Of a DNA stretch of 64,000 nucleotides, positions 20,477 to 30,997 are shown piece after piece. This DNA is from Candidatus Hermodarchaeota archaeon. GTDB lineage: Archaea; Asgardarchaeota; Hermodarchaeia; Hermodarchaeales; Hermodarchaeaceae. How positions within the stretch are numbered: position 1 is the first letter of the stretch; each line of letters opens with the position of its first letter. Position numbers and translations under genes: made by a program. Location of the stretch: the NCBI GenBank assembly GCA_016839805.1, contig JAEOTO010000008.1:6421-70420 (forward strand). Reading direction: 5' to 3'. The notes under the pieces were generated by a model. It was given only the letters and a program-made list of their open reading frames with translations. It did not search any database and was not told where the DNA came from.

Positions 20477-20953
20477 TTACAGTTGAGCACCACATCTCCA
20501 GCAGAATCGATCTTCACCGGTAGTGTTAGCTCCACAACTGGGGCAACGTGATACTGGTAGAGTTGTTGGCATTCTTACTGGTTCATAGCCACGATACTCA
20601 GATGGCGAAGGGATGATGGCTCCGGCTATCAGTGCTAGGATTCCGGGAACCGTGCCAAGGAAGAGCATTGCGATGATTCCGGATGCAATTAACCCAGCTT
20701 TGTGTTCACTGGGGTTATGTCGCCAATTAAACCATAATATGGATACAATCAGTCCAATGAACCCCCACACGCCGAATAGAAGTAAGGGGAGAAATATCCA
20801 CCATCCCATGATCATCCAAAGGTAAGGATCATACATTAATGGCAAAAACAATAGGGATAGGAATACCCCGAGAATGATGAATATTACGCTGATAATGATT
20901 TGAATAATTGCGGCAACTAAGGTTAGTGTTGAGGCTGTTTGTTGATCACCCAT
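20477..20953 (-). CDS. membrane protein with a C-terminal zinc ribbon
   Basis: Four TM segments followed by CPSCG...CWRCG. Confidence 0.5.
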   Translation of the reverse strand: MGDQQTASTLTLVAAIIQIIISVIFIILGVFLSLLFLPLMYDPYLWMIMGWWIFLPLLLFGVWGFIGLIVSILWFNWRHNPSEHKAGLIASGIIAMLFLGTVPGILALIAGAIIPSPSEYRGYEPVRMPTTLPVSRCPSCGANTTGEDRFCWRCGAQL

Positions 20954-21176
20954 TCACAACATATCTCCGACTAAGTATTGCTAAGTATTTTACAAAATTC
21001 ACCCTTTTTAGTTATTGGAATTAGGACTCGATATTATATCGTTTAATTCAAGGAGAAATTAATAGTAGCCACCCCAAGTATGCTTAAAGATTTTAAGGAT
21101 TACAGCTGTATCCGATGGCTGAAAGCATCAAATGAGCATCCTGATTCCAACTTAACCACATTTTTAATTTTGCGCA

Positions 21177-21740
21177 TTAGGTACGAGTCTTTTTAGCCAG
21201 TTTTTTGGTCCAGGTTCGGATGGCAGTCCAGTCTCGGGTATCATAGGTACCATTCTTCTTTTCAAAACCAGCTTCTTCAAATTTTCTCCAAAGCTGTCCC
21301 ACAGTCTTTTTTGTCATCCAACCCATATCATCATAGGGGAAAACCCCACCAAAAATTGCCATATCGATGGGATTCAAAGAATATTTTTCCGCTTTTTCTA
21401 CAAGGTATTTCTTCCACATTTCCTCCATCTCCTCCGTATTCCCCTCATACTCAAATATGGCTCTTATGGCTGAAGAAATAAAGATCGCAACGTTCTTCTT
21501 GACCAACTCATGTTTAAACTGTTTCAGAAAATTTTCCGGCTCTTTGGTCCACTTACCAATCTTCATACCGCTCCCAACGATAATCAGTTCGTACTCAGAG
21601 ATGGCATTCACTTTCTCTTTCTTGGCATTCACAACATTAACGTCAAAACCTTCATCGCGAAGAACTTTCGCTATCTCCTCAGAGGTTCCCGCCGTAGCCC
21701 CATACCGAGTCCCATACACAATCAATGCTTTCATTTTCAT
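21177..21740 (-). CDS. flavodoxin-like domain protein
   Basis: An N-terminal ALIVYGTRYGATAGTSEEIA FMN-binding loop. Confidence 0.65.
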   Translation of the reverse strand: MKMKALIVYGTRYGATAGTSEEIAKVLRDEGFDVNVVNAKKEKVNAISEYELIIVGSGMKIGKWTKEPENFLKQFKHELVKKNVAIFISSAIRAIFEYEGNTEEMEEMWKKYLVEKAEKYSLNPIDMAIFGGVFPYDDMGWMTKKTVGQLWRKFEEAGFEKKNGTYDTRDWTAIRTWTKKLAKKTRT

Positions 21741-21904
21741 GTTCCATTCCTGAGAGGTATCCCTTACCGTTCATTTCTTTGTTAGTTCTAAGAGACGCAC
21801 TAGTAGATTTCATACACACCCTTGGAGAAATCACACTTCAGAACTACTTACAAGGTAAAACCTATACTGCATATAAAGTCAATTGAAAAACTACATGAAG
21901 CGAG

Positions 21905-22888
21905 CTAGCCCATATTCGAGAGCTTCTGAATAAACGCCCAATCTTCATCAGTGAGTCGCTGAAAATCGGCAATGAGATCGTCCCGTCGTTTCGGACGGAA
22001 CAAATGTCGGAACCGACCCTGGAGTTCTAACCACTCTTCGACTGGTTTTTTCTTCTCCGGTTTCAAGGCGAAGACTCGACTTGGTGCTGATAAAATATAT
22101 TTTCGTGTTTCGCCTTCATATTCCCATAAGGGGTGGAAACAGGTTTCTACCGCAAGTTTTGCCATTTGCATCCCTTGTTCTTCAGGATAGCGCCAATTTC
22201 GATGGCAGGGTGATAATACGTGAATCACTGCAGGACCTTCAACCTCCATGCCCTTACGGACCTTTTTCATGAAGTCCCTCCAATGATACACCGATGCCGT
22301 CGCACAATAAGCTGGATCATGAGCAGCATAGACTAATGCGATAGGTTTCTTCCACAATAACTTCCCAGGTTCCTTTTTGCCCACCTCACTCGTTGTCGTC
22401 CATGCATATTTGGGCGTCGCACCAGACCGTTGGATTCCAGTGTTTTGGTAGGCATGGTTGTCATAGATGATGTAGAGGAAGTTGTGTCGGCGTTCGATGG
22501 CGCCGCTGGCGGCTTGGACGCCGATATCGAATCCGCTACCATCGCCGCTGAAGACGAGGAGGTCAGGGATATCGTCTTCGAGGCCTTGGCGTTTGCGGGC
22601 TTTGTAGGCGGCTTCGATACCGCTGGCGTTAGCGGGAGCGTTTTCGAAGAGGCTGTGCATCCAGGGGACACGCCAGGCGGTGTAGGGGTAGATAGTGGAG
22701 GCGACTTCAAGGCAGCCCGTTGCTTGGCTGACGATGGTATTTTTGGGCCGGGGGAGGGCGTGCATGGCCATACGGGCCATGGAGCCGGCTGGGCAGCCTG
22801 CACAGAGACGCTGACCGCTGGTGAAGAGTTCTTCTTGGTTGGCGATGTCCTTAAGTCGGGGTCGCCATTGGGGAGTTTCTTGGGTCAT
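21905..22888 (-). CDS. porB: pyruvate:ferredoxin oxidoreductase, beta (TPP-binding) subunit
   Basis: A TPP-binding region GDGSGFDIG and the Cys motif CAGCPAG are present. The position is downstream of porA. Confidence 0.9.
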   Translation of the reverse strand: MTQETPQWRPRLKDIANQEELFTSGQRLCAGCPAGSMARMAMHALPRPKNTIVSQATGCLEVASTIYPYTAWRVPWMHSLFENAPANASGIEAAYKARKRQGLEDDIPDLLVFSGDGSGFDIGVQAASGAIERRHNFLYIIYDNHAYQNTGIQRSGATPKYAWTTTSEVGKKEPGKLLWKKPIALVYAAHDPAYCATASVYHWRDFMKKVRKGMEVEGPAVIHVLSPCHRNWRYPEEQGMQMAKLAVETCFHPLWEYEGETRKYILSAPSRVFALKPEKKKPVEEWLELQGRFRHLFRPKRRDDLIADFQRLTDEDWAFIQKLSNMG

Positions 22889-22904
22889 CTTTTTTCCTCC
22901 GGGG

Positions 22905-24140
22905 TTATTTCCTCACGGTGATGTATTTGATGGGGTAACGGGGGGCTTTGCCCGTGTCCTTGATTTTAAGGAGTTCTTTGTAGATAGATTTGAAGTGTTC
23001 GGGAGTGACATCCCGTCCTCCGAGCCCGCCATAGTATCCGAGGATAATGGGACGGGGGTCGTGGTCGTAGAGGGCACTGCGAATCTCATTGAAGAGAGGT
23101 CCACCGAGACTGCCGGTGGTGTGGGTGCGTTCGAAGATGCCAACGACCGGGACGTCTGCAAGGAGTTTGGCGAGTTTCTTGTCAGGGAAAGGACGGAAGG
23201 TGCGGAGTTTGAGAAGGCCTACTTTTTTACCTTGGGCACGGAGTTGTCGGGTGACAAATCGGGCAGTACCCGCGGAGCTACCACTGGTGACGATGACAGC
23301 ATCAGCATCGTTAACTTTGAAGGGTTGGAGGTAGCCATCACCGTATTTGCGTCCAGTGAGTTCAGCCCATTCGTTGTTGATTTGGGAAATGACGGGACGA
23401 GCCTTTTCCATGGCTTCGCTATGTTGGAGCTTGGATTCCATGTAATAATCAAAAAGTTGGAGAGGGCCAATTGTGATTGGAGTTTTAGGGTCAAGTTTGA
23501 GTGGGACCTGTTTGCCGTCGATGGTGATCATCATTGGTTCGCGGCGTCCGACGAATTTGTGAGCATCGGTTTCATCCAATAGATAAACATTTTCGAGGGT
23601 GTGGGTGAGTACAAAGCCATCTAACATGGTCATTACGGGAAGTTGGACATCAGGGTGTTCGCCGATGCGGAAAGCCTGTAAGGTGGAATCGTAGGCTTCC
23701 TGGGAGTTTTCGCAGTACATCATGATCCAGCCGGTGTCGCGTTGGGCGAGAGAGACGGTTTGGTCGCCGTGGATGTTGATGGGTCCGCTGGGGGAACGGT
23801 CAGCGACAGCCATGACAACGGGTTGACGTATGGATGAAGTGAGGAAGATGACTTCATGCATGAGTTCGATACCGTTCGCTGCACTAGCCGTGAAGGTACG
23901 AGCGCCGGCTGCGGAAGCACCTAGACAGGCGCTAAGCGCACTGTGCTCGGATTCAACGCGGACGAATTCGGTTTCTACTTCGCCGTTGGCGACGAACTCA
24001 GCGAACTTTTCTACAATAATTGTTTGTGGGGTAATTGGGTAGGCGGCACAGACATCGACGAGTGCATGCTTGGCTGCATAGGCGACAGCTTCGTCACCGT
24101 TGATACCCATAAGAATTTGTTTAGCGGGCATGTTACTCAC
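22905..24140 (-). CDS. porA: pyruvate:ferredoxin oxidoreductase, alpha subunit
   Basis: Typical PorA length and motifs ([12 protein letters not shown]...YPITPQT). Confidence 0.9.
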   Translation of the reverse strand: MSNMPAKQILMGINGDEAVAYAAKHALVDVCAAYPITPQTIIVEKFAEFVANGEVETEFVRVESEHSALSACLGASAAGARTFTASAANGIELMHEVIFLTSSIRQPVVMAVADRSPSGPINIHGDQTVSLAQRDTGWIMMYCENSQEAYDSTLQAFRIGEHPDVQLPVMTMLDGFVLTHTLENVYLLDETDAHKFVGRREPMMITIDGKQVPLKLDPKTPITIGPLQLFDYYMESKLQHSEAMEKARPVISQINNEWAELTGRKYGDGYLQPFKVNDADAVIVTSGSSAGTARFVTRQLRAQGKKVGLLKLRTFRPFPDKKLAKLLADVPVVGIFERTHTTGSLGGPLFNEIRSALYDHDPRPIILGYYGGLGGRDVTPEHFKSIYKELLKIKDTGKAPRYPIKYITVRK

Positions 24141-24427
24141 TCATCCTCCATTTCGATACAGTTGACTGGGCACTCTTCGGCGCAAATGCCACAGCCTTTG
24201 CAGTAATTCAAGTCGAAGTGAATGTCTTGTCCATCCCAACTGATAGCAGCATCAGGGCAGAAGATCCAGCAGGTAAGACAGCGGGTGCATTTTTCCTCAT
24301 CACGGATTGGGCGTTTGCTGCGCCAGTCACCAGTTCTGTATTCGGTGGCTGGTTTCCAAGTGACTCCAGCTGGGGGGATGTCTTTAGATCCGGGTAGTTT
24401 CTTAGGCATCTTTTTCCACCTCACCAT
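24137..24427 (-). CDS. porD: pyruvate:ferredoxin oxidoreductase, delta subunit (2x[4Fe-4S] ferredoxin)
   Basis: Two CxxCxxCxxxCP motifs. Overlaps porA by 4 nt. Confidence 0.85.
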   Translation of the reverse strand: MVRWKKMPKKLPGSKDIPPAGVTWKPATEYRTGDWRSKRPIRDEEKCTRCLTCWIFCPDAAISWDGQDIHFDLNYCKGCGICAEECPVNCIEMEDE

Positions 24428-24971
24428 GAGCGCGTTTAATGACGGTTACATTTCGCTCTCCTATGCGGTCACCAAACTGCCTGTTCACCTCTGTGAATAG
24501 GCTTTCAAGTTTTACGAGATTAGTCACTCGAATTAAGGCACCTAACATGGCTGTGTTGGCGATGGGACGTCCAATGATTTCTCGGGCTAAGTCTGTCGCA
24601 GCTAGCGTCCAGACTTCTCCTTTGAATCCAAGGGTTTTAGCCACTTTTTGGCCATCTTCTCGGGTGTTAACAATGAGTTTGGTGGTTTTATTAGTACCAG
24701 CGATAATGGTGTCCGGTACTTGAGCAAGAAGTGTCGGATCTATGACCACGACAAAGTCGGGTTCATAGACTTTGCTATGCAGTTCGATTTCCTCGCTACT
24801 TATCCGGGCAAAAGCTTCTACTGGTGCTCCGCTCCGTTCGGGTCCAAAAAAGGGAAAAGATTGAGCGTATTTGCCCTCATGAATGGCCGCTCGAGCAAGG
24901 AGGATTGAGGCTGTCCAAGCGCCCTGGCCTCCACGACCATGAAACCGAAGGTCAATGATTCGTTCCGTCAT
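24402..24971 (-). CDS. porG: pyruvate:ferredoxin oxidoreductase, gamma subunit
   Basis: An [13 protein letters not shown] motif. The gene order porG-porD-porA-porB is canonical. Confidence 0.85.
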   Translation of the reverse strand: MTERIIDLRFHGRGGQGAWTASILLARAAIHEGKYAQSFPFFGPERSGAPVEAFARISSEEIELHSKVYEPDFVVVIDPTLLAQVPDTIIAGTNKTTKLIVNTREDGQKVAKTLGFKGEVWTLAATDLAREIIGRPIANTAMLGALIRVTNLVKLESLFTEVNRQFGDRIGERNVTVIKRAHGEVEKDA

Positions 24972-25243
24972 GAGATTCTACACCCCGTACAATTTTTGAG
25001 TGAAATTCGCTTCGATGGAGAGCTTCAAGTCTTTTATGCTTTGCTCATCCTTAGTAAATTATCTAGCTCCTAGATTTTTCTGTAAATTCCATCAAAACAC
25101 GTAATATTGCAACCCAAGTGGGATTTTATTTACCGAAAGGTTTAGAAGCGCTTAAGCTCTTGTAGAGCGTGTCTAATTTGATGATTCCAGAAAAAATGGT
25201 GTTATTGGCGAGTTTTGGAGTGAAATGCTTCGGGTGACCTAGA

Positions 25244-26152
25244 TTGTATATGAAGTATCAGGACCGGTTTGATCAACTGGAAGAATTAGGAAACCCAAGC
25301 ATGGGACGTTTCATGTTATCTGAAGTACTCACAAAAATGGCGACAACATGTAAACAATGCCAAAGGGATCGAATGCGATGCACTCTACGACCGTTATGCC
25401 CAGATCGTATTTTCTTGAACATTTTAATCACTCTTGGTGCTAAAACAGCTGACTTCCCAACATTTTGTTACCAGGTCCATCTCCGTAATCTACAGTCGTA
25501 CCTCAAATCTGGAGCAAAACGAGACCATCCACTAGAACCCCGCTTCCCACTGAGTTACTTCCGTCGATTTGTGCAATTTAAAAAAGATGATCCAGAAGCG
25601 AATTTTCATGCGTTTAAAAAATATCTGGAACAGGTTACAAAGCAACCCGTTCATGGATATTCAATAGACAATCGATGGTATTTTGGTGTCGGGAGTGGAG
25701 TATTCATTGTCGATTTAAAGCGAAATCTCGTCAGTTTAGATCCTGATGGAGATATCATTCGAAGGCCGGCTCTTGAACCCCTGATTACATTTTTAATGGA
25801 GACACAAAGAATCCAAGGAGAGATCCTAAAGGATATGCAGGATACGTGGTATCTTCGCGTTGTTTTTCCTAAATTAACTGATACACAATTTGCTGAAACC
25901 GTACAACCAAATTTACAGAAATTAGAAGAATACTGGGCTTTTGTTCGGGTACATAACATCAACAAAAACACCCAATTTCTGATCAGTCTTGATCCTGCCC
26001 CTAACTTAGCTATTCGTCTCCAGGCGTTACGAGAAACAATAAATGTTCTCGCAGAGATTGCGAAAGCTGTTCCTAAACCGAGAAAACAGGATCAAACCAT
26101 TAAAGAAAAACCTGACACAAGAATTGAATCCCCTTCAAAACCTGTCAGTTAG
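25244..26152 (+). CDS. hypothetical protein (no family recognised)
   Basis: A 302-aa ORF with no overlap with neighbours. It contains a CKQCQ...C Cys cluster near the N-terminus. Confidence 0.4.
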   Translation: MYMKYQDRFDQLEELGNPSMGRFMLSEVLTKMATTCKQCQRDRMRCTLRPLCPDRIFLNILITLGAKTADFPTFCYQVHLRNLQSYLKSGAKRDHPLEPRFPLSYFRRFVQFKKDDPEANFHAFKKYLEQVTKQPVHGYSIDNRWYFGVGSGVFIVDLKRNLVSLDPDGDIIRRPALEPLITFLMETQRIQGEILKDMQDTWYLRVVFPKLTDTQFAETVQPNLQKLEEYWAFVRVHNINKNTQFLISLDPAPNLAIRLQALRETINVLAEIAKAVPKPRKQDQTIKEKPDTRIESPSKPVS

Positions 26153-26197
26153 ATAGTGTTTGTATTTTTCGCTTAGGACCATCGGCTTGATATCATG

Positions 26198-26878
26198 TTA
26201 GTACTCTGATTCGGGTTTTTCCAATTCATCTTCGTCCTCAAAGCGACCTCCCAATCGTTTACCGAAATTATCAATTCCACGTTTAGCGGATTTTTGGATG
26301 GATTTCGCCAAATCGTAGAGAAATGAGAGTACGAAGAATAATACAATGGACACTGCAAGAATTTGGAAGTAGGGTTGAAGAATGGAAATGGGAAAGGCTC
26401 CAGGTAAGAAAATGGGTGAAATGAGGATATACACAACGACTGTGAAGAAAATATAGATGAGATCTAGAGGAATTCTTCGTGGGTGAGCCCGATCAGTGGA
26501 CCGCATGCCAGGAAGTCGACTCATAATAAAATCAACGAATGCATCGGCGGATTTTGCCAATTGTAATAAGGCCTCAACACCAAAAAGGAGGATGACTAGC
26601 AGCACCCCGATTTGGATGAGTGAATACCCCGTCAAAATTTCCTGCCCGGGTGGAATAGCTGTCTCGAGAATTATTACCGGATATTGATCAAGAAAAAAGA
26701 AGAAGGGCACAATGAAAATGTAAAAGAGCCCAAGACAAATCACAATTAATCCATTCACCAAGAATTTGGGAAATGATGTAGCTAATTGTTTGGCGACGTT
26801 GCGTTTTTCTTCCCTTGCTTTTTTCTCTTCCAATTCGGCTTTGGCTTCTTCCGACATTTCCAGTGACCTCTTTTTCAA
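26198..26878 (-). CDS. membrane protein with N-terminal charged coiled-coil region
   Basis: An EEAKAELEEKKAREEKR region followed by 4-5 TM helices. Confidence 0.5.
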   Translation of the reverse strand: MKKRSLEMSEEAKAELEEKKAREEKRNVAKQLATSFPKFLVNGLIVICLGLFYIFIVPFFFFLDQYPVIILETAIPPGQEILTGYSLIQIGVLLVILLFGVEALLQLAKSADAFVDFIMSRLPGMRSTDRAHPRRIPLDLIYIFFTVVVYILISPIFLPGAFPISILQPYFQILAVSIVLFFVLSFLYDLAKSIQKSAKRGIDNFGKRLGGRFEDEDELEKPESEY

Positions 26879-26958
26879 TGTTATTAGAGCACGGAGTAGA
26901 CAATTAGCGTTTAAGGCTAAAAGCCTAGCTCCTCCAATACTATTGAGTGAACTAGAAG

Positions 26959-27639
26959 TTATTTCTTTTCTTCTACTTTCCCTGTTTCAAGATCAATTTG
27001 GAGTTGCCGGGAACCTTTTTGACTCGGTATATTCACAACAAGTTTATCTTCCGTCTGTTCGACTTCAACCCAGCGTACCCATTTTCCTGTTTTATCATCA
27101 AATTTGTGAGTTTCAGCGTCTTTAACTTTTTTGAGGAAGTCTTTCAGTTCTTGTAATGTTCTGAAAGTGTATTCGCCCTTGGCACTTACAGCCTTGTAGG
27201 GGCGTAATGCAAAGGTATCTGCCACAGCTTCTCCTCCACGTGCTGGATAAGCTAGATCATGAAGGGTTACAACGCGATTTCTTTCTGAGAATTCAATAGA
27301 ACAGGTTAATCGAAGACGCCCTGTTTCTCCAAAACCAGCTTTTCCAGCTAATTTTCGACAGATTGTGATGATATCAGAGGCTTCAACGGTCCCATAATGG
27401 AGCCAAAGATTGGTCAAGTTATTGATACCTGAGGCAAGCTCTCCCCAGACTACAACAACACGCCCTCGGGGTTGGTTAAACCCTTCACCGAGAATAGCCT
27501 CCGTGGTTTTGAAGAAATCAACATCATTAGAACTTTCTGTGATTCGCACTTGAATTGAAGCGGAAACCACTTGACCCCCCGCACTTTTGGCACCACGAAT
27601 CATTTCCCAAGCTTTTTCTTGTTCGATAACCTGCTTCAT
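26959..27639 (-). CDS. hypothetical soluble protein
   Basis: A clean 226-aa ORF with a lysine/glutamate-rich C-terminus. No family recognised. Confidence 0.5.
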   Translation of the reverse strand: MKQVIEQEKAWEMIRGAKSAGGQVVSASIQVRITESSNDVDFFKTTEAILGEGFNQPRGRVVVVWGELASGINNLTNLWLHYGTVEASDIITICRKLAGKAGFGETGRLRLTCSIEFSERNRVVTLHDLAYPARGGEAVADTFALRPYKAVSAKGEYTFRTLQELKDFLKKVKDAETHKFDDKTGKWVRWVEVEQTEDKLVVNIPSQKGSRQLQIDLETGKVEEKK

Positions 27640-27782
27640 ATTAATTATCCCCGTTCTCGCTTACACCAAAGACATACGCTTAAACTTTCCGTATCAGAAA
27701 CAAAAGAATTAAGGCATAGCAAATCAGATTGAGGAAAGAACAAGTTTCCGTTAATATAAATCGCATAAATGTGAAGCTGTAA

Positions 27783-28331
27783 ATGTCATCTCGAATTAGA
27801 AGCCTTGTGCGTCTCGTTTCACGATTGCGTCGTTCAGGTCGCGTAGCTCTACTTATCGATGGCCCCAACGTTTTACGACGAGAATTTGAAGTTCGTTTAG
27901 ATGACTTGAAAAACAGTATTGAAGAACTAGGGAAAATTGGTGTTGCGAAAGTTTATTTGAATGAGAGAGCAAGCGTTAAATTACTGGAGGCTATATCAAA
28001 TAGTGGTTTCACGCCAGTGATAACGACTTCAGATGTTCACCTTCACATGGCTGTGGATTCTATAGATCTTGTTCTTGGTGACGCGACAAAGCTTCTCGCG
28101 ATTTTTAGTCGCCATGCCCGAGTGGCACCCATACTTCGCCGTGCTCGTGAACATGGGCTCGAAACTATTACAATCGGTTTCGAACCTGGTTTTAGTGTTG
28201 CAGTCCAAAATGCTGCTGATCATGTGCTCCGACTGGATCGCCCGCTTGAATACCAAATTCGTGTAATCAAAGGGAAGGAAAAGAAGGATAACAAAGAAGA
28301 TCAAGGCGATGATTGGGACCTTGATGCCTAG
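27783..28331 (+). CDS. NYN-domain (LabA-like, PIN-like nuclease fold) protein
   Basis: VALLIDGPNV...VITTSDVHLHMAVDSIDLV follows the NYN acidic-residue pattern. Confidence 0.65.
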   Translation: MSSRIRSLVRLVSRLRRSGRVALLIDGPNVLRREFEVRLDDLKNSIEELGKIGVAKVYLNERASVKLLEAISNSGFTPVITTSDVHLHMAVDSIDLVLGDATKLLAIFSRHARVAPILRRAREHGLETITIGFEPGFSVAVQNAADHVLRLDRPLEYQIRVIKGKEKKDNKEDQGDDWDLDA

Positions 28332-28392
28332 ATTCTGCTCCTGACTCCATAAGCTTGAATAATGAGGGGTTCATGGGAGTAATTGTTATGTG

Positions 28393-29103
28393 TTAGACGA
28401 GTACGCTGCGGATTTCTTCTTTTGTAAGCTGTGTGAATTCTCGCTTGTCAGTATCTACAATTGAGATTTCCATGGCTTCTTCGTCGAGCTTCTCTTCGAC
28501 AACCTGTCGGAGCGTATCGATGCATAACTTGACTGCTGCAGGCATCAGTTTCATTGTTGGCTTGTAATTCTTTGCCAAGTATTCCCGAGCAGCTTCAGAA
28601 TTATAGCCGATCGCGGTTGCCCGCCAACTCCAATAGGAACCAGAAGGATCAGTGGTAAAGATTTGTGGACCTTGTGAGTCCACACCAGCAATCAATAATG
28701 AAACACCAAAGGGTCGAATACCACCAACCTGTGTATAGTTCTGTTTCAGATCACATACCTTCTTGGTCAGAACTTCTACATCAATGGGTTCACCATAAGT
28801 AATGAGGTTAATTTGACTCTGTACCCGAGAAAAATCCACAAGAACACGAGCATCCGCATGAAGCCCAGCAATTGCACACCCTATATGCTTATCCACAACA
28901 TAGATTTTCTGAATCTGATCCAAGTCCATTAAGGGTGAAGTAGCTTCTTTATGGACACCAATAACAGCACCATTGGCAGCTTTAATCCCAATAGCAGTCT
29001 TTCCTCGACGTACAGCTTCGAGAGCATACTCAACTTGATACAATCTACCTTCAGGGGAAAAGATAGTAATTGCACGATCGTAAGCGAGACTTCGTTCCAT
29101 CAT
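28393..29103 (-). CDS. psmA: proteasome alpha subunit
   Basis: The N-terminal YDRAITIFSPEGRLYQVEYALEAV is the canonical proteasome alpha-subunit signature. Confidence 0.9.
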   Translation of the reverse strand: MMERSLAYDRAITIFSPEGRLYQVEYALEAVRRGKTAIGIKAANGAVIGVHKEATSPLMDLDQIQKIYVVDKHIGCAIAGLHADARVLVDFSRVQSQINLITYGEPIDVEVLTKKVCDLKQNYTQVGGIRPFGVSLLIAGVDSQGPQIFTTDPSGSYWSWRATAIGYNSEAAREYLAKNYKPTMKLMPAAVKLCIDTLRQVVEEKLDEEAMEISIVDTDKREFTQLTKEEIRSVLV

Positions 29104-29144
29104 TGCAGTTCGACCTCTGGTAATGGCACGTTCACTCTGTGGAG

Positions 29145-29152
29145 TTATAAAA
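29145..29152 (-). promoter_or_regulatory. putative archaeal TATA box for psmA
   Basis: Read on the minus strand the sequence is TTTTATAA, about 45 nt upstream of the psmA ATG, preceded by an A-rich BRE-like stretch. Confidence 0.3.
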
Positions 29153-29661
29153 GTTTGTCTCTAACATCAATAGAGCTTCTGTAAAATTGAAAATAGAATG
29201 AAAGGAAAAGAGAATCAACTGGGATGAAGCACAGTGAAAAAAAACTTCATCCCAATTGGATTGGAATTATCCTCGTTTTGATTCCCTGAGAAAGGGAGTA
29301 AGCAGTATTTTGAGGATTCGCAAGCCGATTAAGAGAGTGCTTTTGCTGTGTTTTTCCCGCATGGAACACACCCTCACTAGCAAGGAGCTGGTAAACGGTG
29401 ACTTTTATTTGTTTTTTGCCAGTTCTTGTCTTCAAAAAGAGGATTTAGGAGGTCGCAATACCACTCTAAACCTGAATTTTTGAGCGCCAAAGCTTTGCTT
29501 TCCCCATCACTACGAAAAACCAAAACAGACATTCGCCTTTTAGCTAGCTTGTCAACCATCAACCTCAGAAATTCATTCGAATATTATATGACTTTCTGAT
29601 GAAACGTAATGCTTTTACTGAGGAGGCACAACCGTGCCCATTATTGGATGTGTAATCGACT

Positions 29662-30981
29662 ATGGCACGAACACGCGTAATTATCATGGGTGCAGCTGGA
29701 CGCGACTTCCATAACTTCAATGTCTATTTTCGAGACAATGAGAAATATGAAGTTGTGGCATTCACAGCCACCCAAATTCCAGGTATTGAAGAACGTAACT
29801 ACCCCCCAGTTCTTGCTGGAAAACTCTATCCAAAAGGTATTCCAATTTTTCCTGAAGAACAGCTGCCAAAGCTCGTAAAGGAATTTGATGTGGAGCAGGT
29901 GATTTTTGCCTATAGTGATATTGCTCACCTAGATGTTATGCATCTTGCCTCTTGGGTTCATTCAATAGGTGCTGATTTCCGGTTAATGGGACCAAGTACT
30001 ACAATGATAGAGAGTAAGAAACCGCTCGTAGCGATTTGTGCGGTTCGGACGGGTTCAGGAAAGAGCCAGACTAGCCGCCGAGTCGTTCAAATTCTTCGTG
30101 AAAAGGGCTTGAAGGTTGTAGTAATTCGACATCCTATGCCTTATGGGGACCTAGCAGAACAAGTCTGTCAACGCTTTGAAACTATTGATGATCTCAAGAA
30201 GCATAAGACCACCATAGAAGAAATGGAAGAATACGAACCTCATATCGATCGAGGAGCCATTGTCTATGCTGGAGTCGATTATGGAAAAATCCTTGAGGAA
30301 GCTGAAAAGGAAGCAGACGTCATTATCTTCGATGGTGGCAATAACGACTTTCCATTTTACGTGCCAGACATCCACATTGTAATAGCCGATCCACATCGAG
30401 CAGGCCATGAAGTCATGTATCACCCAGGCGAAACGAATCTTCGAATGGCCGATGTTGTAATCATCAACAAGGTCGACACGGCTGAACCTGAGTGTATTGA
30501 ACAGGTTCGTCGGACAATTCGCGTGGTAAATCCACGGACTACCATTATTGATGCGGCCTCACCTCTCTTTGTTGATAATCCTGAAGCCATCCGTGGAAAA
30601 CGGGCTCTTGTCGTCGAGGATGGTCCAACACTGACTCATGGTGAGATGGAATTTGGGGCTGGATGGGTGGCTGCTGAGAAGTATGGAGCTGCAGAGATTA
30701 TTGATCCTCGTCCGTATGCTGTGGGGTCAATTAAGGCTACCTTCGAGAAATATGGTCATCTTAGCGAAATCTTACCAGCCATGGGTTATGGTGATAAGCA
30801 GGTCAAAGAACTCGAACAAACGATTGATGCGGTTGATGCTGATGTTGTTGTGATTGGTACTCCAATCGATTTAGGTCGCGTTGTCAAAATAAACAAACCC
30901 TCAGTTCGAGTCCGCTATGAGCTCCAAGAAATCGGTAAACCAACCCTCATAGATGTCTTCAAAGACTTTCCGAAGAAGTAG
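29662..30981 (+). CDS. cyclic 2,3-diphosphoglycerate synthetase-like P-loop protein
   Basis: A P-loop (CAVRTGSGKSQTSRR) with overall size and architecture resembling archaeal cPGS-family proteins. Recognition is from memory only. Confidence 0.5.
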   Translation: MARTRVIIMGAAGRDFHNFNVYFRDNEKYEVVAFTATQIPGIEERNYPPVLAGKLYPKGIPIFPEEQLPKLVKEFDVEQVIFAYSDIAHLDVMHLASWVHSIGADFRLMGPSTTMIESKKPLVAICAVRTGSGKSQTSRRVVQILREKGLKVVVIRHPMPYGDLAEQVCQRFETIDDLKKHKTTIEEMEEYEPHIDRGAIVYAGVDYGKILEEAEKEADVIIFDGGNNDFPFYVPDIHIVIADPHRAGHEVMYHPGETNLRMADVVIINKVDTAEPECIEQVRRTIRVVNPRTTIIDAASPLFVDNPEAIRGKRALVVEDGPTLTHGEMEFGAGWVAAEKYGAAEIIDPRPYAVGSIKATFEKYGHLSEILPAMGYGDKQVKELEQTIDAVDADVVVIGTPIDLGRVVKINKPSVRVRYELQEIGKPTLIDVFKDFPKK

Positions 30982-30997
30982 GCAAAACCGTCTGAAT

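Noticed and set aside
22333-23582. Long overlapping ORFs (156, 163 and 253 aa) on both strands across porB/porA
   Set aside because: They are by-products of the GC-rich segment. Their translated products are low-complexity Ala/Gly/Pro/Ser-rich, and the por frames have clear family motifs.
29104-29661. 560-nt intergenic region upstream of psmA and the cPGS-like gene, with small ORFs (29247..29562) and a 9-bp hairpin GGGATGAAG...CTTCATCCC at 29221..29253
   Set aside because: The small ORFs overlap each other in different frames without motifs. The hairpin is not followed by a T-tract and sits on the promoter side of both flanking genes. I could not support an ncRNA call.
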